10,172 nt of DNA, from the IMG/VR virus record IMGVR_UViG_2778261532_000011, one strand, 5' to 3'. The notes under the pieces are model-generated. The model was not told the origin of the DNA and did not search any database. It saw only the letters and a program-made list of their open reading frames with translations. Positions 7,871 to 10,172 of the stretch are shown here, in pieces. Numbering within the stretch: the stretch's first letter is position 1; each line of letters opens with the position of its first letter. The position numbers and the translations under genes are program-made. This DNA comes from a virus. Taxonomy: Duplodnaviria; Heunggongvirae; Uroviricota; Caudoviricetes.

Positions 7871-10172
<2,302 letters not shown>

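Overview
The window looks like a segment of a P1-like phage or phage-plasmid from an enterobacterial host. It is dominated by one 6.77 kb minus-strand gene (1037..7804) encoding a 2255-aa fusion of a gamma-class N6-adenine methyltransferase and an SNF2-family ATPase, which I interpret as a DarB-like antirestriction protein. Downstream on the same strand are two small coupled genes: a 146-aa acidic-tailed protein and an 82-aa TTG-initiated protein that is probably Lxc/Bof-like. The left edge holds the AT-rich 3' end of a convergent gene, separated from them by a hairpin terminator. Divergent from the large gene are a 569-aa structural-module gene (putative portal), an overlapping 144-aa ORF, and the 3' end of an IS21-family istB gene that appears to have inserted into or next to the 144-aa ORF. 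All assignments rest on motifs read directly from the translations and on recalled P1 gene order; no database search was possible. I do not see a clearly novel system, but several features deserve a second look: a non-canonical methyltransferase catalytic motif, long unassigned regions of the giant protein, strong Chi-octamer enrichment, a hairpin between a Shine-Dalgarno sequence and its start codon, and the IS junction.
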